In this document: positions 61,521 through 64,000 of the stretch, piece after piece
Layout of the letters: each line of letters starts with the position of its first letter
Numbering within the stretch: position 1 is the stretch's first letter
Assembly (NCBI GenBank): GCA_013239625.1
Contig: MU053561.1
Span: 3,899,312 to 3,963,311 of the forward strand
From: Lama guanicoe
Taxonomy: Eukaryota
Reading direction: 5' to 3'
DNA length: 64,000 bases
The notes under the pieces: model-generated
What the model was told of the DNA's origin: nothing
The model's input: the letters and a program-made list of their open reading frames with translations, nothing else
The model's database searches: none
Made by a program: the position numbers and the translations under genes

Positions 61521-63349
61521 ACTCTACAAGTTCTATAAGGAAAAGTTCCTTTTATCTTATCTAATCAGAAATCTGATAACTGCCTTTTAAACATAAATTG
61601 GAAAACTAGCAAATTAGAGGAAGTAAAATTTTAAAAAAAAAGGAAAACAAAAGGCAAATGTAATTTTGTAATATTTTACCTGTAAGTTTCTTCAAGTTTA
61701 AGACCATTAACCATAGCAGCTATGATATAAAAATCCTAGAGTTTAAATATCACATCAATACTACTTTTCTACTAGAGGAATCTCTACAATCCAGTCTGTT
61801 AAATTGGCCTGATCTGATACTTGTTTCTTAGAGCAAATTTCTCCACTGATGATTGTCCTGTGAGAAGCCATCTGCTGCTTCCCTCACCTTCCGTTTATGG
61901 TGGAGACCAGAGCTGGCCTTGGGGTTACTTTGGTTCCAAAGAACCCACCCGGCTGGGCTGTCTCTAGCATAGAGGAATGACCCACCATGACTCAACATGT
62001 TTTTCAACACGATTGGTTGGAATGGGAGAGATGCCACTACACCCCATGGTCTCAGTGTCACACTTTCAGGCCCGGGGACCTCAGAAGAATCAACAGCCCA
62101 CCTAGCAGTGTGCACCCCGCAGGCCTGTTCTCCGGTTCAGCTTCTGCCATGTTCTTGGGCCAAGTCATCTAAACAAGCCAGGTTTTGCTGTGTGTGGACA
62201 TTTTTTTTTTCCCTTCCTCTAAATAAGTATTTTTCCAAGCATGGAATTCAGAGGAGAGGTCACTTTTTCTGCATGGGAATCCGTCCGATTTCTTTTTATG
62301 GTCATTTCTATATCCAGAAGGTCCCAGGTCCAGTACACTATTGGACATTCTAGTGAAGCTCCTCTGAGCAAGCTTCCCTGGGTCATTTGCTGTCTTGTCA
62401 CCTCAGATCTCATGCAGAGGCCACTCCCTTCCAGTTCCTTCAGTCCCTGGTTTTTCCACTCAAGTGGAAAAATAATAATCCTTCAGTTTCTTCTTTCAGC
62501 TCTTATCTGAATAGCTCTGGTCCAAAGCTGGACTGGTCTGGTTTTCGTCCATCTGACTGCAGAGGTTACAGCAAGATGGACAGAAGTTTGGACATAGCAG
62601 TCTGGGAAAACTTCTCCTATAAACCTGACTTGATACATCTGTCCTGCTGGCAACCAGAGGCCCACCAGGCGTCCAGCTGGCTCCTCGCCTCTTCCAAGAG
62701 GCTCAATCCGATGAGGAGCTCCCTAATATTCTTCACTCCGGCAGAAGCAAGTGTCTTGCCCAAGACAGCCCAGTGAGCTGGGCATATCACCAGCCCTGGT
62801 ATACTCCAAGCAGTGTCCCACCCCAGCAGGCGCACAAGGATGACCCGGACATCCAGCAAGGGATGGATGACCATAGGACGAAGGACCAGACTGTGCCAGC
62901 CCTTACTGCTTTCAGAACAACAGCTGCCTAAAAACACACACAAAAAAGCCCCCACTTTCGTATGTCCAGTTCCGCGAGATGAACCAATAGAGCATAAAGC
63001 TAAGTTCCCGATGTCCAGACTCCTGAGTTCATGTTTATTATCACACGTGAGATCCAGCCTAGAACATCAGGTACTTCATTTTCAAGCCAAAGTTGTCCAG
63101 CACAAACAACTGTAAAGAAAATCTGCCACTCCACCCAAACCTCACCGGTATGACGCTCTCCCCTTCTAGAATGTTAAGGAAATCCAAGGCACTGAAACCT
63201 TGGGGGGCGGGGCTGCCCAGGCCTTTACCCATGGGAGAGAAGGGGAAATACTCCAGGCCAGGGAAGGGACTGGGTGCTACGTCAGGCCTCCATCAAGGGT
63301 CTCTGTACCTTTGGCACTGCTGCTCAGTAGAGAGGGTCCCTAGGCTCCC

Positions 63350-64000
63350 CGCATGCATCCGGGGAGCAGGCTGAACTCATCCCACTGGCAGGCGGCGACA
63401 CTGTCACACGGCTGGACTCGGCTCCCTCCCTAAGGGAGTGTGCTCACAGCACAGCCTTCAGCCACAGCCTCAGGTGCCCAGCAGCCCTGGGAGGGGACCA
63501 GCCACTTCTCGAGGTACCTTCTGATGCCTCCAGAAGGTCCTCGAAGGAGGGGCTCCGGGCTCCGGCTGCCATGGACACTGTAGGTGGGGGAGTCATCCGT
63601 GGAGCTCCGTGACATTTCCTTTCTGTTTTTTCTTTATATTTTAGCGGAATTCTGTGGCCCAGACTCGGCTTCAGACTCTATGCTCTCAGAGTCAGCTCAA
63701 GTACAAAGCAGGGAAAAAAAGAGAGAAAGTAGTGGGAAAAATTAGATTCTTGATTTGTGTCCAGATGGTTCTGGACGAAAATAGACTCAGAGATTCTCAC
63801 TGCAAACTTGCCTCTGGTATGAAGCTCCCCTCCCCTCTTCATTTAAGGTCTTCTTGGTAGAAGAGGGAACGGGGATGGGAAAACACTGGGAACGTTCATT
63901 TTTCTTTTTCCCAGCCGTATATTAAAAGGCTGCACAGGTTCCAGTCGAGGACTCTGTGGAACACCAGGAGTCACCCCGCACGCAGCGGCCTGGGGCGATG
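63350..64000. other. GC/CpG-enriched unique sequence at the window edge
   Basis: About 12 CpGs in 63350-63620 and about 6 in the last 90 bp (hand count); no repeat recognised after ~61800. Confidence 0.35.

Noticed and set aside
62629..62930. ~100-codon open frame on + (…DEELPNILHSGRSK…FRTTAA*) as a coding exon
   Set aside because: No in-frame acceptor or early ATG, no recognisable homology; long open frames are common in GC-rich DNA.
63509..63544. GC-rich hairpin tcgagg-t-accttctg / cagaaggt-cctcga
   Set aside because: A 14-bp bulged stem is too short for a pre-miRNA and is plausible by chance in 64 kb.
63615..63914. Two plus-strand polypyrimidine-AG acceptor-like sites (63644, 63914)
   Set aside because: No convincing donor or recognisable coding frame within the window; cannot be supported without transcript data.
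1..64000. The many short six-frame ORFs as protein-coding genes
   Set aside because: All are 161 aa or shorter, many use non-ATG starts or lie in repeats, and none resembles a cellular protein I recognise. The recognisable ones are decayed L1, L2 or CR1 ORF2 pieces.

Overview
Mammalian (eutherian) non-coding DNA, intergenic or deep-intronic, dominated by interspersed repeats: many MIR and L2 fragments, old L1M elements, MaLR (MLT1) and ERVL-type LTRs, hAT MITEs and a CR1/L3 fossil. Two tRNA-Ala-derived SINEs resemble camelid Vic-1, and I saw no Alu, B1, Bov-tA, PRE-1 or CAN-SINE, so a camelid origin is likely (inference). I recognise no protein-coding gene. The only ORFs resembling known proteins are decayed L1, L2 and CR1 ORF2 fragments. 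Best-supported structures: (1) a ~340 bp insert at 42797-43135 that matches no repeat I know, has an A-tail and a perfect 14-bp target-site duplication (TSD), and is probably a young retrocopy of an unidentified transcript's 3' end, possibly internally inverted; (2) a twin-primed, 5'-inverted L1 with a perfect 17-bp TSD inside a CR1/L3 fossil; (3) an old L1 whose 5' UTR is joined directly to mid-ORF2; (4) a CpG-rich, motif-dense candidate enhancer region (~22.9-24.2 kb) split by a lineage-specific SINE. I found no convincing new biological system. Repeat names come from remembered consensus sequences, and boundaries are approximate (tens of bp) unless fixed by a TSD.
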